DNA of 64,000 nt. Origin: Paragordius varius (Eukaryota; Animalia; Nematomorpha). Both the position numbers and the translations under genes were made by a program. How positions within the stretch are numbered: position 1 is the first letter of the stretch; every line of letters starts with the position of its first letter. Of the stretch, positions 12,001 through 27,440 are shown one piece after another. The notes under the pieces were generated by a model. It had not been told where the DNA came from, did not search any database, and saw nothing but the letters and a program-made list of their open reading frames with translations. The DNA is taken from the NCBI GenBank assembly GCA_964247055.1, contig OZ176053.1, forward strand, positions 5,704,001 through 5,768,000. Direction: 5' to 3'.

Positions 12001-15000
12001 TTTTATAATGTAAATTACATTTCTTAAAAATGATACTAATTTTTCCAATTTTTTTTGTTAAATTATCTTAATTTTGTAAATTATAAAATTATTATCTCAC
12101 CACTATATATCTTATCATACAATTAATTTTTAGGCCCTTGCAGACGCTATGATATCCTATATGATAACGCAAATAAGTTGTTATGATTCATCGTCATCAT
12201 CAACGATAACGTTGGATAATTTAACTGTATTATCTAATGCCTCGGTTGAAGATAAGAATATAACATCTCAAGCAACCATCATTGATGGAATAAATAATCC
12301 TAAAATAACCGATACGATATTCCATTTAACTCAAAATCAAAATGAACGCCTTACCTGGTGCAAAATTGTGTATCGTGAAATAGTTTTACGTTCAAAACAC
12401 TTTTTTCCCACGAACACAGCTTGTAACCCGATTTATATGTCCTCCAACACCACTTCTTCAAAAAGTAGTAGTTCCACGAAATCGTTTCCCTTTCAAGGTT
12501 ATATAATTTGTTATGTTAAAAAGAATTATTTTATTTTACAACCCTTATTTTTGATAATAGTAGGTTTCAAATTTCATGAATATTAAGAACTGGAAAATTT
12601 AATATATGTTTAGCTATTTATAACATAATTATAAAATTATTATAGGTACAATTTTGTTTCACGGGCTACCATACAGCCTAAGTTATTCGTGGGATGTGGG
12701 AAAATTTGCTTCTATATTTCTTGACAAAGCCCGAACAATTTATGAATTTTCTGAAAATATATCAAATAAAAACGCTCAGACACAAGACATAAATGTTGAA
12801 TCGAAAAAAATGCCAAACAAAGATAATTCGATATATAACACAATTGACCGCTCTAAATTATCTCAATTTTCTCGGAGCATTTATGCAAAAGTATTTAGTT
12901 GTATTATTTTTTGTTTTTTGTTTTAATGGACTATTTCATTAACAATATTTTTAACTTTTAAGGTATCATCTAACATTAGTATGGTTATAGCCTAATGATA
13001 CATATCAAAACCATATGTTTTATAATAAAATTTTGACACATTTTTAAAGTTTATAAATATTTTTGAGTTATATATTTTTGAGTTATAAATTTTTGACAAA
13101 ATTTTAAGGGTCTCTCTACTGTAGTGATATATGTAATAAATGGCTTATTTAAATATAAATTATTTAGATGATTTTCCATACCGTTATCTGTGATTTTCTT
13201 TCATCCAATTCACTGTATTGTTTCACACCATTGGTTCGTGATGTATTTTTACACGAATTATGGCAAACGAAACTTTCGGCAAATTCAACTATTGATAATA
13301 CATCTGGCATATGTGAATTCAAAAGCGTATATACTCAACTGCAAATTAAACTACTCCATTTCACCATCAATAATATAAAGAGATTGGAAAAACAACAGTG
13401 TTTAGAGATTGAAATGCAAGAAAAAAATCAATTTCTTCCTACTTTTATGGAACATCATTCACAAACAACTATAAATATTAGTAATCCAACTAATGGGATA
13501 TTAATTCATAGTGTATTGATGGAAAGGTAAAGCTTATTATAGCATAATCTCTAATCTTTAATATAATCTTATTTACTTATTTTTTTCTTTTGATATTAAA
13601 TTAGCCTCAATAAAATTTTAAACATTTCGGATTCCTATCTATCGCATCTAATTAAAGAATCTGGGTTGTTGTCATTAGCTCTTATTGACAAAAGTTTCCA
13701 ACAGGTATCATATTTTATACAAAATTTTTGACGACTAAATATTATTTTAGTATATATTATATTTTTTGCTACTTTTCCTCAACTTTTTTTACAGTAAAGA
13801 TTATATGGACAAAACGTAAAAATGTAAAGACAAATATTTTTATTCAAAAGACCGCTGTATTTTTCAGACTATTTTTTTATAATTAACTCATTGTTTAAAT
13901 TGCACAATATAAAATAGAGATGTAAATTGGTGACAATGAATTATGTATTTTATAATTGTAATTAAATACTGTATATGGAAAAATTAAGGTTTAAAGAGTG
14001 TGTGGTTGTCTTTTGAAAAAAAACATCTGTCTTTATATTTTTATGCTTTGTCTGTATACATTCAATTTTTACTGTATTTTATTTATTGTATAATCCATCA
14101 AAATAATAACTAATTTGCAGGTTTTATATATGACAAATTTATGTTTTAAATGTAAACGCGCATAGGAAAATAGTAGGGAGAATTTATCCTATAGCCCTTC
14201 GGTATTACACGTGGTGTTGGATCAGGGTTTACATTCATCCTCCCTACATCAATCTCATGTACATAATTTGGCTTCCTCTACCATTTCTAGTAGTGGGCAA
14301 ATTATTAGCATTAATCCACATCATATATCATCACATTTAGCCACCTGGCTTAAATCGTTTCACATTCAATGTTTTAGTCGACAAAGCGCTTTTCAATTAC
14401 CTAATCTAATGCCTTTAATAAATAAGCTGTTTCAAGATTACCCCAAGCATATAATGTTACATATCAAATATATGTACATGACACATAATGATAATATGTT
14501 GAACAACATAAAATGTAACGAAACTACGCTAAAAAATAACCAAACACTTGGTAATATGAAAACGGTGGGAGGGAAGAAAAAATTAAACGTTAACACGAAT
14601 ACTGTCACTGATATAATTATGCAAGAATTCGATATTACATCTATTCAAGGTTAATTATTTGTAGATGAAATACATTAGTTGATTAGAAACTCATTTTACT
14701 CTAACAATCTATTTCATATATAATGTTAAAAATTATTTTATATTAAATCCATTTAGAGCATTTAACAGGTCAGGAAAATGGAATTAACGAAAATAAATGT
14801 TTTTCTCTACTCCAAACATACCGATCTTGCATTCAAGATTTAATCGGGATCATTGGTCAATTCATTTACCGCGTATGTTTACCGATTCGTTTAGATGCCT
14901 TATATCACCAAGGATATAATGGTTTGGGCTTAGATAAAAAATTTGTCTCTCCCCAAAAGGTGAATTGGAAAGATGCATTAAAATTTTTACAAACACCATT

Positions 15001-18000
15001 TACATTGGAACTTAAAACTGGTAAACCACTTTATTATTATTAAATATTTTGACCTGAAATGCAAAATAATTTATATGGCGTCATTTTTTAAATGTTGTAA
15101 AATGTTAAATAGGCAAAAAGCGATAAATATATTAATTATATGGCTATTATATTTTAAATTTTCCAAAATGCCATTAATACATAAAAATATAAGTATATAG
15201 CCTTTTTCAGGGCTGTCTAAAATAATTTAGTCCTTGGCAATCCATAAAAAATTTATAATACAATTCGCTTTTCCATATTTTCGTCGTCAAATTAATTTGT
15301 CAAAAGATTTTGCCATATATAAAAATTATTGTTTATTTGAATGTTAACATTATTTAAGATTTCCACACCACATAATGTAAATATATTTTTAAATACAAAA
15401 TCATTGGGTAATTATAGATAATTGGATTGATTCGAATCCTGCCCAATCTATTCAAGATTCATTTATTGAATTTATGGCAAAGTGTTTACGATTGACATAT
15501 ATACCAATTTACCATATTGATCGCACTTATACAGATTTACTGGTATATTTATTTTTTAATAAACATTTATAATCCCAACAAAAAATTACTAATATTAAAA
15601 TAATTCTATTATACAATAGTTTTATGAGAAGATTCAAGCTGCATCAGAAAATTGTATATTATTTGAAAATGCATATTGGAGCATTTGTGGGATATGTTTG
15701 ATGCTTATAGTAGCATTTCCATTAGATATTGGTACGTTTTTCTTAATAAATTTTAAATAAATTGGTTTGTAGGTAATATAAACTATTTTTTGTTTGTCTG
15801 TAATATAACCAGTTATATTCCATATGTAGAAACCAGACACGTTTTCGGTTTTAGTACGAATTAATAATACGGTTAATATTGTTTTATAAATCTATAAATA
15901 AATTAAAATTAATTTTTGAACCCTTTTTGTTTTCCAAAACGTTTCCATGACAGAAAAAGTCTTATGGTTATATTTCATAAAATCTTTTTTAATCTTTGCT
16001 AAAATTTATTTTATTTATTGAATCATATAGGACATATAATTTGGACAAAACCAAAAAAATTGCCTTTGGACACCAGTGCTGATAGTATGGAAAGTGATGA
16101 TGAGACCTCAATAAAATTACCTAAAACTGTGCAATCAATATGTGCAGACCTAAGAATTTTGATTGAATTTTCTATCACGAATCAAGATCCCAACTTGAAT
16201 TTTTCGTCCACAAAAGAAAAAAGCACAACACTACATGCCTTAAAAACCTCATTAAATAATGATATATTACGTGTTGTCGAATATGTTAAAGATATTTTAT
16301 CACTGGATACATTTCACGAAAAATATAACATTTTAGAGAACATAGAACAGCAACCATTTGAATCAAATGCCTTATCATCCAATAATAAAACCAATGTTTC
16401 TGTTAAAGCGACAGCATCAACCACACATAAAAGGAAAAAGTTTATATTTTTAGTACTCAATGTCGAATAAAAAATTTTTAATTAATTAAAATTTATTTTT
16501 TTTATTAAATATTTTGACCGCTTAATATTTAATTATCTTTAGAGCTGCTAAACATACCATAGAAGAGGAAACGCCGAAAGATGAATCTTTGGTTTGGGTA
16601 AATCAAAATTTGTGGTTACATGCCCTGATTTTTGAAACCTCATGTTGGCTTGATAATATTCTCAATGTTAATAATAATATTAATCAAAATGAGGTATAGT
16701 TATGATATTGATGTTATTTTTGGCAAAAATTTTCTTTCTACGATATTATCATTGTTTAAACTGGACCAAAAATACTTTTTTCATTAAACTCTCTATAAAA
16801 ATTAGTTTAAAAAAAATTTGATAAATTTCAAAGGCCATTATTCCCAATGTTTAATGTTTATACTTCTATATACATTTTTTTAACTATAATAGCTACAGTC
16901 AAATGGAATTTTAGCGCTAATTTCTAATGTCCCCGATAATAATACCTATAAAAGTTATTGGTCTCTTTGTATTGACACAAAAGACCATGAATTATACAAT
17001 GATGTGGAAGAAAGTGTTAAAAACAGCTCTAGCAATAGAAAGGGTGTCGTATTCGAAATTGATCTTTTCCGCACGCCTTACTTTGAATCTAAAGGGTATA
17101 TTTTAACACTGATTATCAAAAAGCTCTATAAATCCCAATTTATGTTATAATGAAATATCTCTTTAGCAAAAACTCCCTGAATACAATTATTCTGATGGAA
17201 TCCAAGTATACCTTTACATCAAAATGTTTACTGGATAACTTTCGAATGTTGAATACATACCTTAAACTAGGATTTAAATTATGTGCATGCCGAGAACCTG
17301 ATTTCTTACTTGATTTAATCGGCAAATTGGAAGAAAATCAAATTCAAACATCATCCGACTTAAAAGATGACTCATTGAAACATAATAGCACGATATACAA
17401 TTGGTTGACCAAATTGATTGAGTCCACTCATTATGATATAATTAACGTAAACATTTCTTTGATATTTTTCGTTGAAATGTCCATAGCAAATTTGGATAAT
17501 TTATGATAAATTTAAATTTTAAACTTTGTTAAACATAAAATTATTATCAATTATTTTTCTTACAATAAATTATGTATTTTATAGGTATTACCTAATAATT
17601 GTTTATCCCAATACCTAATATCACGTATAACACCAATTTTTGCTAACAATGATCTAACTCTAACATACATGAAATTACATCCTACCCTAACACCATTAAA
17701 TTCTTGCGTATTAAACGAAACAAAAAGTTATAACATACAAAGGATTACATCCGATAAACTATTTTTTACATCTGAATTGGAATTTTTTAAACAAATCGCA
17801 CGACAAATCCTATTATCTCACATGGATGGATTGAAAATTACGCCTGAAGACGATAATATCACTGAACATTATTCTAAGGAAAATCACTTCAATGACCAAT
17901 TAAAGGAATGGAAAGAACGGAGTAATCCTATCTTTGGACGCATTGTGACTGTCATGACAAAACTCAATGAATCATTACATCAAGTATTTCAGTATTTTGA

Positions 18001-21000
18001 AATAAAATTTGGTAATATTTTGTGTTTTTTACCATCAAATTATATCTTTATACCTTTTAGGACGAATCTAAAACTGGTCTTATAACCCTATACAATCAAA
18101 TAGAAGTTAAAACAAACGATGGTGATCAATTAGCTTCAAAATCGTTTTCCACAATCACTTTTAAAGTATATTTTATTCCATACACACAATATGTTCTATA
18201 TATTTCTTCGGATATATCTTAAAATGATATATGATTTAGAACATTTTTCGTAAATTTATATTGCTACTAGTTTTTCAACGATTATTGCCAGATAGGACCT
18301 ACGATAAAAGCATTATGAATGCTAAAATTTGGTGTATATAAAAAATATGTGTTTTTTGCTCTATTTTCTTCCCTTTAGCCAATGGGATTGACCTTTACAG
18401 TAATTGTTTTCTGGTAATATTGCATTTAGTCTCTAAGTTAATGGTTAATCTGTTAGAAAATATTTTGCTGTTTGTAGTTTATATTTTTTCCTCGCTCTAG
18501 TTTTTAGCACTTATAACATGTTTCAATGAATTTCGAACCAATGTGTGTTTAATGCTCGGGGCTCAACCAACATTTCTCTCTTTTTTATTTGGAGTGACCA
18601 CTTGTGGTTTTTCCTTCTCATCCCAGTTAAAAGATAATTTTGATAATAATGCCCACAAAGAATATGGGCAAAATAGCTTTATTGATTCAGATGATCTCAT
18701 GGTTGATTCTGGAAAAACGTCCGATAATATGGAATATCTTATTAATTTGTTTTTGTCAACACCTACGAAAAATGGATTATCCAATACAGATTCTACGCCA
18801 TTTCACAAGCTAAAAACAGAAATGGAAAACGAAGATACCATGTTACAACAATTTATAAATCAATTGTGTTCCCATGTATACAACCGTGCACCACTTAAAT
18901 GGGTAAACTATGACATTATCACATAATTTAGGTTAACAAAGTAAATTAATTTGTTGTAGAACGATATTGGAGCATAATTTAAACTACACAACTTGGAGTT
19001 TGTAATGCAAATGTGGAAACATTTTAGGTTTTTAGTGTATCTATTTTGCGCATTTAACGATTATTTTTTGACTTTATTATAGCAATACAACCTTATTGGC
19101 CCGTATATATAATATTTTATTTTTTTATCCATCTTTTTATCAGAAAGCTCTGTGAAATTTTGATCAGACTAATTTTTAAAACTCCATATCTATCATCCGT
19201 CCATAATATATTCATTATCCCTATATATCTTTATATTATATATTAGATTGAAGGCACTGATTCGAATACCACAGCGATACATAAAACATTTTTGTTAGCT
19301 ATTTCACATTCCGTTTGTTACAATGAATGTGACCCATTAATTATACGTGCTTATCTAATTAGCTTTGTAGCCTTCCTACAATCTCCTATGTTTTGTACAA
19401 TTGAAACACCGAATATCAACGACAACAAAAATATTAACAGTTATAGTGTGGAATCATTTTGCATCATATATAATGTAATTTTTATAAATTATTAGTATTG
19501 CTTTTTTAAAAAAAGCTATTAATATTTATATATCTTTTATAGACCCTATCATATTTTATAAATCATCGGACATCACTTTTGATCAAATTAATAAAGCTTG
19601 ATAAATCAACGCACGTCACTATCAACGAAAGTGAGGAACATTTTGGCCTTTTGTTAGCAAAACTACTTGTCATCACGATTCAACTTTCACTAAAGTTTCA
19701 AATTGAAATTACATCCAATCCTAATTTATTGATGGAAAAATTGTTGGATACAACGTATGCTTATAAATATTTACAATTACAGTTAAACCAATAATTTTCA
19801 ATGAGTAATATTTTTCATAATTGTTAGGTCATTTATAGTTTTTCATTTTTGTTCTATGCGTAAAATAACTCCTTAATATGTGTTATTGTGAAATTATTAA
19901 CATACGGAAGAGATTTTAACTACTATTTTTACATTAATTGATTGAAATATGACCTTATATATTTTTTAGCATCAAAAAAATATTTTTTGAACAATTTATA
20001 AAAAATGTTGATAATTTTGAAAAATTATATTTTTTTATTTTAAGTGAATCATTTTATTAATGTTTTTTAAAAAACTAATTTAAATTTAGGAAAAACTTTA
20101 TAAGTATTGAAGAAAATAATGATAAGAGGATTTACGAAATTTTTAACAAACAATTTTTGCCACCTAATTTTGGACTGCGTCTACCACAAGCATTTGTAAC
20201 AGCTCATGTTTCCTTTATTCTCCTAATGTGTCATGGTGGTTATTTTAATGGTAAAATTTATAAATACTAGGTTATGGAAAATAAAATTAATTTCATAAAT
20301 TAATATCCTTATTTGGTTATTTAATATAACAATTAGTAAATTTAAACAAATTTTTTTAGCATATATATATATATATATATACTAATTTAAATAAAACTTT
20401 AATTATTTTATCAATTATCATGGTAAATTTTTTAAATTTCATTGACCTTTAAATTTGTTAAGATTCGTGACAATTATCTGCCAAATAATTTATTTTGGTT
20501 TTCAAATTGAGAAATTAATGGGATTTTATTTTCATTAACACATATTTGCTGAAACCCAATTCACATATACCATTTACAGTTCAAATTCACCCTTAAACAA
20601 TTCAAATTCACCCTTGAACAATTCAAATTCACCCTTAAACAATTCAAATTCACCCTTGAACAATTCAAATTCACCCTCGAACAATTCAAATTCACCCTAA
20701 AATAAATTATGTGTTTTTTAAGATTATATATTAGCTATATTTTTTATATTTATAAAAAAGAAATTTTGTATATAATCAAAATAATACTGAAAAAATAATA
20801 AACTTTGCCATAAAAATATATTTAATTTTAATGATGAGTTATATTAGACCGAAGTTTCATAATTTATTTTTAGGGTGAATTTGAATTGTTCGAGGGTGAA
20901 TTTGAATTGTTCAAGGGTGAATTTGAATTGTTTAAGGGTGAATTCGAACTGTAAATGGTATATATTCATAATTTTATATCTATATTCCATTTTTAATCGT

Positions 21001-24000
21001 TTTTTACAGTATTTTACAATTACAAAAACAAAACGTTAAAATAAATTTTTTATTAATACTGCTCTACTTTTTACCATTGATTTTTTATATAACCTTTTTG
21101 AACTCAAAACGATAGGCTATATCAAAAAAATCAAAGTTTACAAAATATGAATGATTGTGTTTATTAAAAAATCATTTTTCTGTTATAATATCAATTTTTA
21201 CTCTATCTATATATATATATATATTTAGGACGTTCCAAGAGTAGTGAAGAAATGGAACAACTAGCCAAATTTTGGTTTGGCTCAAATTTTAATGCATTAT
21301 TCTCTAATGATGATGATGATCATATGATAGATGACAGTGCATATATTTCCCAAGATTTAACCTTAAAATTAATTCAAAATGTACCAACTAAACAACAAAT
21401 GGTAGAAAAAATTGACTGTAACTTATTTGAGTTTTTGCCAGAAAAATTGTGGATGTACATTATATCAACGGAGGAGAATGGTTAATCAGAATCTTTTATA
21501 AATTTGTATTGCTTTTTGAACTTTTAATTTTAAAGAAAAAAAAATATAATTATAAATTGAAAATATAGATCATAATAATAGATTTACTCTAATTTCTATT
21601 TGAAAAATATAGATGTCCAGTTAAATCATGCATTAATAAAGATGTTGATATTTTCGTTAAAACACATAATTCCAAACAATTACGACCGAATAATGAAATA
21701 CATGGATCTACTAGCACTTTCTAACATAACCGAAAAGTCCAAAAAGTTTATTTTTTTACTTTATCATATATAAATAAAACTACTAGATTTTGGGCTTAAA
21801 ATTTATTTTATTAAATATTTTAGATATATTAATTACATATTATTTTTTATGCTATCCGTAAATTTAGATTTATCGTCCAAAACCTTAATGATAGTATGTT
21901 ATCAATTGTTGATGAATCTCATATGCCAGAATTTACGAGTTACTTAAGCAACGAATTCAATTATAAAATATCATTAGTCCAAAGGATTGAGGACATTATT
22001 AAACACTACATTATTGGTGACATTCATCTAAATGGATTGAAAGCGTTATTATCTGTGATAGAGGGCATATTAAAAGGTAATTTTAATTCTTGCAAACATT
22101 TTTATAAAATGTATTTTTGTGTGTGCAGTAGTTTTTATCTATCTTCATTTTATATTGTCTGTTTTTAGGAAATTATTCAGACTCAACAATACAACCCGAT
22201 CTAAACGAGTTTCCTACTACGGATATCAATTTTTTAATATTTAATTCACTCGTTGCTACCTCAGCTTTAAAACCGGAATATTTGGCAGAAATACGATTAC
22301 ATATGGAACATATAATAACAGATACACAAATGCTTGAGAAACCTAATCCACCTAAGGACAAAATATATCAATTAATAGTTGATTTAAATGCTATATATGC
22401 TATTCTCCAAGAAATTTTATTCTTCGAAAATATTAATACCATATTAACAATGATAAAGCAAGATTTTTGGGAATTATGTTTAAAGTTTGGCGATCATTAT
22501 AAAACACATCTTCAGCCATATGAAATTTTTTCAGTTATCAAAGAAACTATTAATAAAATATTTATTAGCGTTTCGCAATTATTTAATATGCAAATATCCT
22601 TATGCAATGACGACCAATATTCTCAGAAGTTCATCAATGATTTTAAGACTAAAATATTACAAATATATCCCAATATTAAAATCACTTCAACACAATCCAG
22701 TAAGTTATTTTTATCTTTTTAATCCCCCAAATTTAATAGTATTCCATAAATCTTAACATATTTTTCCCATAGAAACTTTGTCAGAAACTGAAGTAGTGTT
22801 ACAGAAAATTACCGATGATTCTAACCTTACCTCAAACAGAATGTTATGTGATATATTGAACCCTGATAATTTTGATACATTGGTTACCGAAAAAAGATTA
22901 AATGCCATATATGTGGCTAAAATCGATGCATTAACATCAGTAGTAGATGGGAATAACTCTTGCCCAGTCACATTCAATGATTACACTGATGAATGTTTAG
23001 CTTTATTACAATGTTTACAGAAATTAATAATTTATCAGACTCAAGGGTATTATAATTTTTTTATATATTGTACAAATCCTTTTGTAGAAAAAAATTAATT
23101 AATTATGAATATTCATCGGTTAAAATCCAATTATACTATATCGTTAAAATATAATAGAGTTGAAACTCAATATGCCATAAAGCTTATGATAGACTGGGTA
23201 TTTGCCTCATATGCCGTGAGTGCTGAAATTGTTGAAATATATGCAGATATCTTTTTTGGAATTTTTACAGGTAAAAAGCAATTGCCAAATGAAGTTTTTG
23301 ATAAATGTCCTCAAATATTATATAATAAAGTTATAGTTTAATTTTAAGCAGTTTAACCATTTTTACTTTTTTATATTTGCTAATTAAATTATCGGTTAAT
23401 ATTGGTTAAATTATTTTGTTTTTTCAATTAAGCCGTATAAAATATATACTTTAGGTATTGATACATCTTTTCAATATTGTGGTATCGAATTTTTATGTCA
23501 TGAAGGGGATTGGAATACTATTGCTATGGTGATTAATCACTTGTTGTGCCATTTTTCTTCAAGTAATTATACTCCCTATATCATTTTAAATATCAAATAA
23601 TTTTTTAACCAAATTCATAAACAGATAACTTTTATATATTTTAAGTTATTGGTCCATATTTTTTAACTTATAATTGAAATGTTATTTATATATAATCAAC
23701 CCTTTCTTATTTATTTAATTATTTATATATATGTTTTTTCCCTAATTTTAGAATATCAAGCCAAATTAGTCCTAGATTTTCTCCAAGCTATCTTAGAATT
23801 ACCACGTCTATGGGAGGGAAGGGATATGAGAAATCGCAAAGTTTCGGAAATTTTTTCTTTAATTATATATAATTTTAAAATCATATTATTAAATTAAAAA
23901 AATGTGAAATTTTTTTTATTCTGTGTTAAAAACTCTTTAATGTCTTTTAAATCTAGAAGTTCGCCAATGAATCCATATTGTGTTTGAATGGTCATCAATT

Positions 24001-27000
24001 AAAAGGACTCATTGCATATATTTTACAAGAATACAATCAGTTGATTGCTATTGAAAAATTGGATAAGTCTAGTCTTACCCTTATTCAAAACCTTATTAAA
24101 GAACGCATTAGTAAATTGTTGATTCCTTGCATGACGCAATCTAAACAATCGGATCTTTTGTATTATTTTATGAGACAAATACTTCCAGAGTTCTGTGAAA
24201 ATCATTGTTTAACACCTCTAGAACGTAATGGGATTAAAATGCTCATTTACGAGTTGTATATCCATGTTCCACACATTCAGAAAATATTTGATGAAACCAA
24301 AAAGTTATATACCAATATAACCATTAAAAGACTTCCCTTCCACACAAATTTTAATGATTTTATTACATTCAATTACCCAATAAATGATATTGTTGGAAGA
24401 GAAAACGTCACCAAAAACCCATCGCATGACCTTATTTTATCTTCTTACCAAAAAACTACCCAAAACTCGTTGGGCGATCTCATTGAAAAAATAATACATT
24501 ATGGGTTAGAGTATAATCTCATGAACATAGCTAAAGCAAATGAAACGTATAATACATCATCAAACCGAGAAAAACCAAATGTCGAAATTTATGAAGAGGA
24601 TTCTGAACGTTGCAAAGCATTTTGTTTGGCTTTGGCCCGAAATCACCCCTATATACTTGTGAGGTAACATATTTTTTAAAAAATTAAATATTTTGTTATA
24701 GGGTTGATTTTATATTTTCAAAGATTAGTATACGAAATAGCTTATTGGTTTAATAAAATTCTTTATTTTATACGAGTAGTTATTATTTATCAAAATATTT
24801 ATGTGGTATAATATCGGCGTAACATTAACCAATCTCACCACAATTACGAAGCAACGATAAAACACATCATATAATATTTTAAAACTTTTATTGTTATACT
24901 ACTCTTTTTAATATCTTCTATAATTGAAAAAGAATCAGTATAATCCAAAATATTTTATTGCTTTAATAAATTTCTTTGTTTTATATGGGTTATTGATCAA
25001 TTTATCTATGAATTCAAACTCGTCTTCAACATAAAAATTTTGTCTATAGTTCTTTTTAAAAAATTAAATTCTGTACATATATGTCATAACTTAGACACTT
25101 AAAGTCAATCCATACTATTTTACGTGGGAGAACTCACCTACAATATTCGGCATTCGTTAACAAGGGTCACTTTTCCATATTCACTGTCATGATAACCCTA
25201 GTATACAATTTACAACCTTATATATTGACTCATACGGATTCAATCACTGATTTCCATGCAATTCTCGACGAATTTTTGGAATTTATCGATGTATATAATA
25301 TTTTCAAAAAGAAGGCTAATCATAGAAAATTATATATTATTTACTAATTAAATTTATAGATATATGGCCAACAAACTTATAAGCTTATGTCAAATGTTAA
25401 ACGCGTCATAACACTCCTCCAAAATTATGTAAAGGCAAATAAGAAAATGGGTCAATCATATCTTAAACATAGAATCGATCTTATAAGGTAGTATATTTTA
25501 TAAGTAGCTGTTTATAAAATATAATCTAAAATAACCTTTTATGTCAAGTTTTGATACTCTCTCTATTTATAATATTTTATCTATTTTAGAAATATTCAAA
25601 ATTACTATGGCGACTTATTCCAAACTCCCTTTTGGCATGCGGTACTAAATACACTAGAAAATAATAATAAAATCAGTGATGAGAAAACAATGTGTGAAAC
25701 AAATAATGAATCATCTATGAATTTAATTACGAAAAATTCATTAAATGTGTCGACTGATGAACAATTACAAACCTTAATAGGCAAATTATTGCAAATTTTA
25801 CCAAAAGATGATTTACAGTCATTTTCATATTCTACCAACAACTACAATAAATGCTTGATTGATCCGTCATATGGTAATATAAAACTATATTACTATGTTT
25901 TTTATTTATATAATATTTAATCTTTAAAATGTGCTTTGTACTCTTTGATTTAACAAAATTATGGTGATTATTATAAATAGGAGTTATGACATTAATTATT
26001 TAAATTATCTTGAAGGGAAAACACGGTTCCTGTTCGAATTATGAAAAAATACACGGCTCCTTTAATATATGATTTTTTTGATAGTTTTAATTTTTTCCAA
26101 TTTCAATTATTGTATTGTTATTTTAAAAAACTAGCTATTTTATATTGTTTAGGAATCATTAAAAAATACTTAATAAATGATTAGTTTGGGGAAAGTTAAG
26201 ACTTTAGGTAATCATTTTACTTCTTGAAAGCAAATTAGTATTAATTATTTATAATTACTTGTATTTTACCTACGAAATAGATGTGTTTTAAGTGCTGAAA
26301 GTTAATATTTTTTTGTCCCTTCTTTATATATAATGAATTTTTTTGTAAAATATTTTAGATTTATATGAAACATTGGTTGAAATTCAAAGCCACATTAAAT
26401 CTCACCCAAAATCCTTTATTACATTTACCGTATGTAATTTTATTTATAGATATATCGTGACTTTATTAAGAAAAATATGACAATGTATTTTTAAATAACC
26501 ATTTTTCCAAATTTTACAGTGGCTAAATTCATATAAAATTATAGAAATATCTGTCAAAAGTTTCGACAGTCCTATTTTCCGATAATAACAATAAATATAC
26601 TACCGAAAAACAATTAAATGTTTCCTTTACGTATGCTTCAAAAATCATATCAAACTGCTTACTGCCCATGTGCTTAAAACATCCATTGCATATTAATTCT
26701 TGCGAGGATTTTACGTCTCCCCTACTCATAAAACAAGCGGAAAAAGAATTGCATGACTTTTTTACGAAAGGTCTTGAATCACTTCATTATTCCCACTATT
26801 TCATTGAAAATTTGTCACAAATGTGCAATCTTTTAACAGGTTCGTATACTTGTATATCAGAATTAAATACATATGGAGTTAACAAGAAATGTTAAAGATT
26901 TTATTTTTTTTGTAAAAAGATATTGTTAAAAAAGTAAAAGGCAAAGTTTTTTTTATAAGACAATCATAATTATATTTTCTCCATAACCTATATGATTACA

Positions 27001-27268
27001 GTCATAAAACGTAAATAAGATGACTAACCCATCCCTCAACCCAAAGTTTAATGTAATCTTATTGGATTTGTAAAAATTTTATATGAAAATAAAGTTTTTT
27101 GCTTTCTGTTTGAATTACTCCATATATTTTTATATTTTTTTAATTGCTTATAATACTATTTTAGGCCATTATGAAGACTTAATCGCAACCGCTTTCAAAA
27201 GTAACATAAAATTTAATTTAAAACAATCACAAGCCATCATTGAAACGCTCAGATCACAAAAAGGATAA
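7470..27268 (+). CDS. INTS1: Integrator complex subunit 1, multi-exon. Not all internal exon boundaries were traced.
   Basis: Peptides matching INTS1 occur in order: GHKPSGDLFVLGSK; ALCSLLHRD...CNVLYTAYQDEEDWPEIFIK|IYIDDAMHERFWVDNFECQNFVDNIKSAFNTRIP; FLRFLSQVCCYPKIRLFIMQRIEIWLQNAK; LARNHPYILVR|HLKSIHTILRGRTHLQY; C-terminal HYEDLIATAF...AIIETLRSQKG*. Confidence 0.92.
8230..8278. repeat. (TA)n microsatellite ending directly in an INTS1 3' splice site
   Basis: About 24 TA units are followed by AG (8277-8278) and then exon GCC CTC TGT (ALCSLL). Other long (TA)n tracts lie near 8.97, 20.36, 21.21, 32.0, 41.54-41.60, 46.26, 47.29, 48.16 and 48.90 kb. Confidence 0.95.
10401..10683. mobile_element. 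MITE family A copy, in an INTS1 intron
   Basis: Termini TATACCATTTACAG...TGTAAATGGTATA with subterminal TTCAAATTCACCCTT(A/G)AACAA repeats in inverted orientation. Confidence 0.85.
20566..20962. mobile_element. MITE family A copy, in an INTS1 intron
   Basis: TATACCATTTACAGTTC...GAACTGTAAATGGTATA, with 5 full 21-bp repeats on the left arm, 3 inverted on the right, and the shared AT-rich core. Confidence 0.9.
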
Positions 27269-27440
27269 AAAAACATCAATAGATATAAATTATTTCTCAT
27301 ATAAATATATATTTGTACACATATATAAATAAATTATAATTACAACATTTGATTTCATATTAACATCATCGCTATATCATTACCTTAAATCCGTCAATTT
27401 TAACCAATTTTCTCAAAATTATTGAGAAAAATGTGCCAAT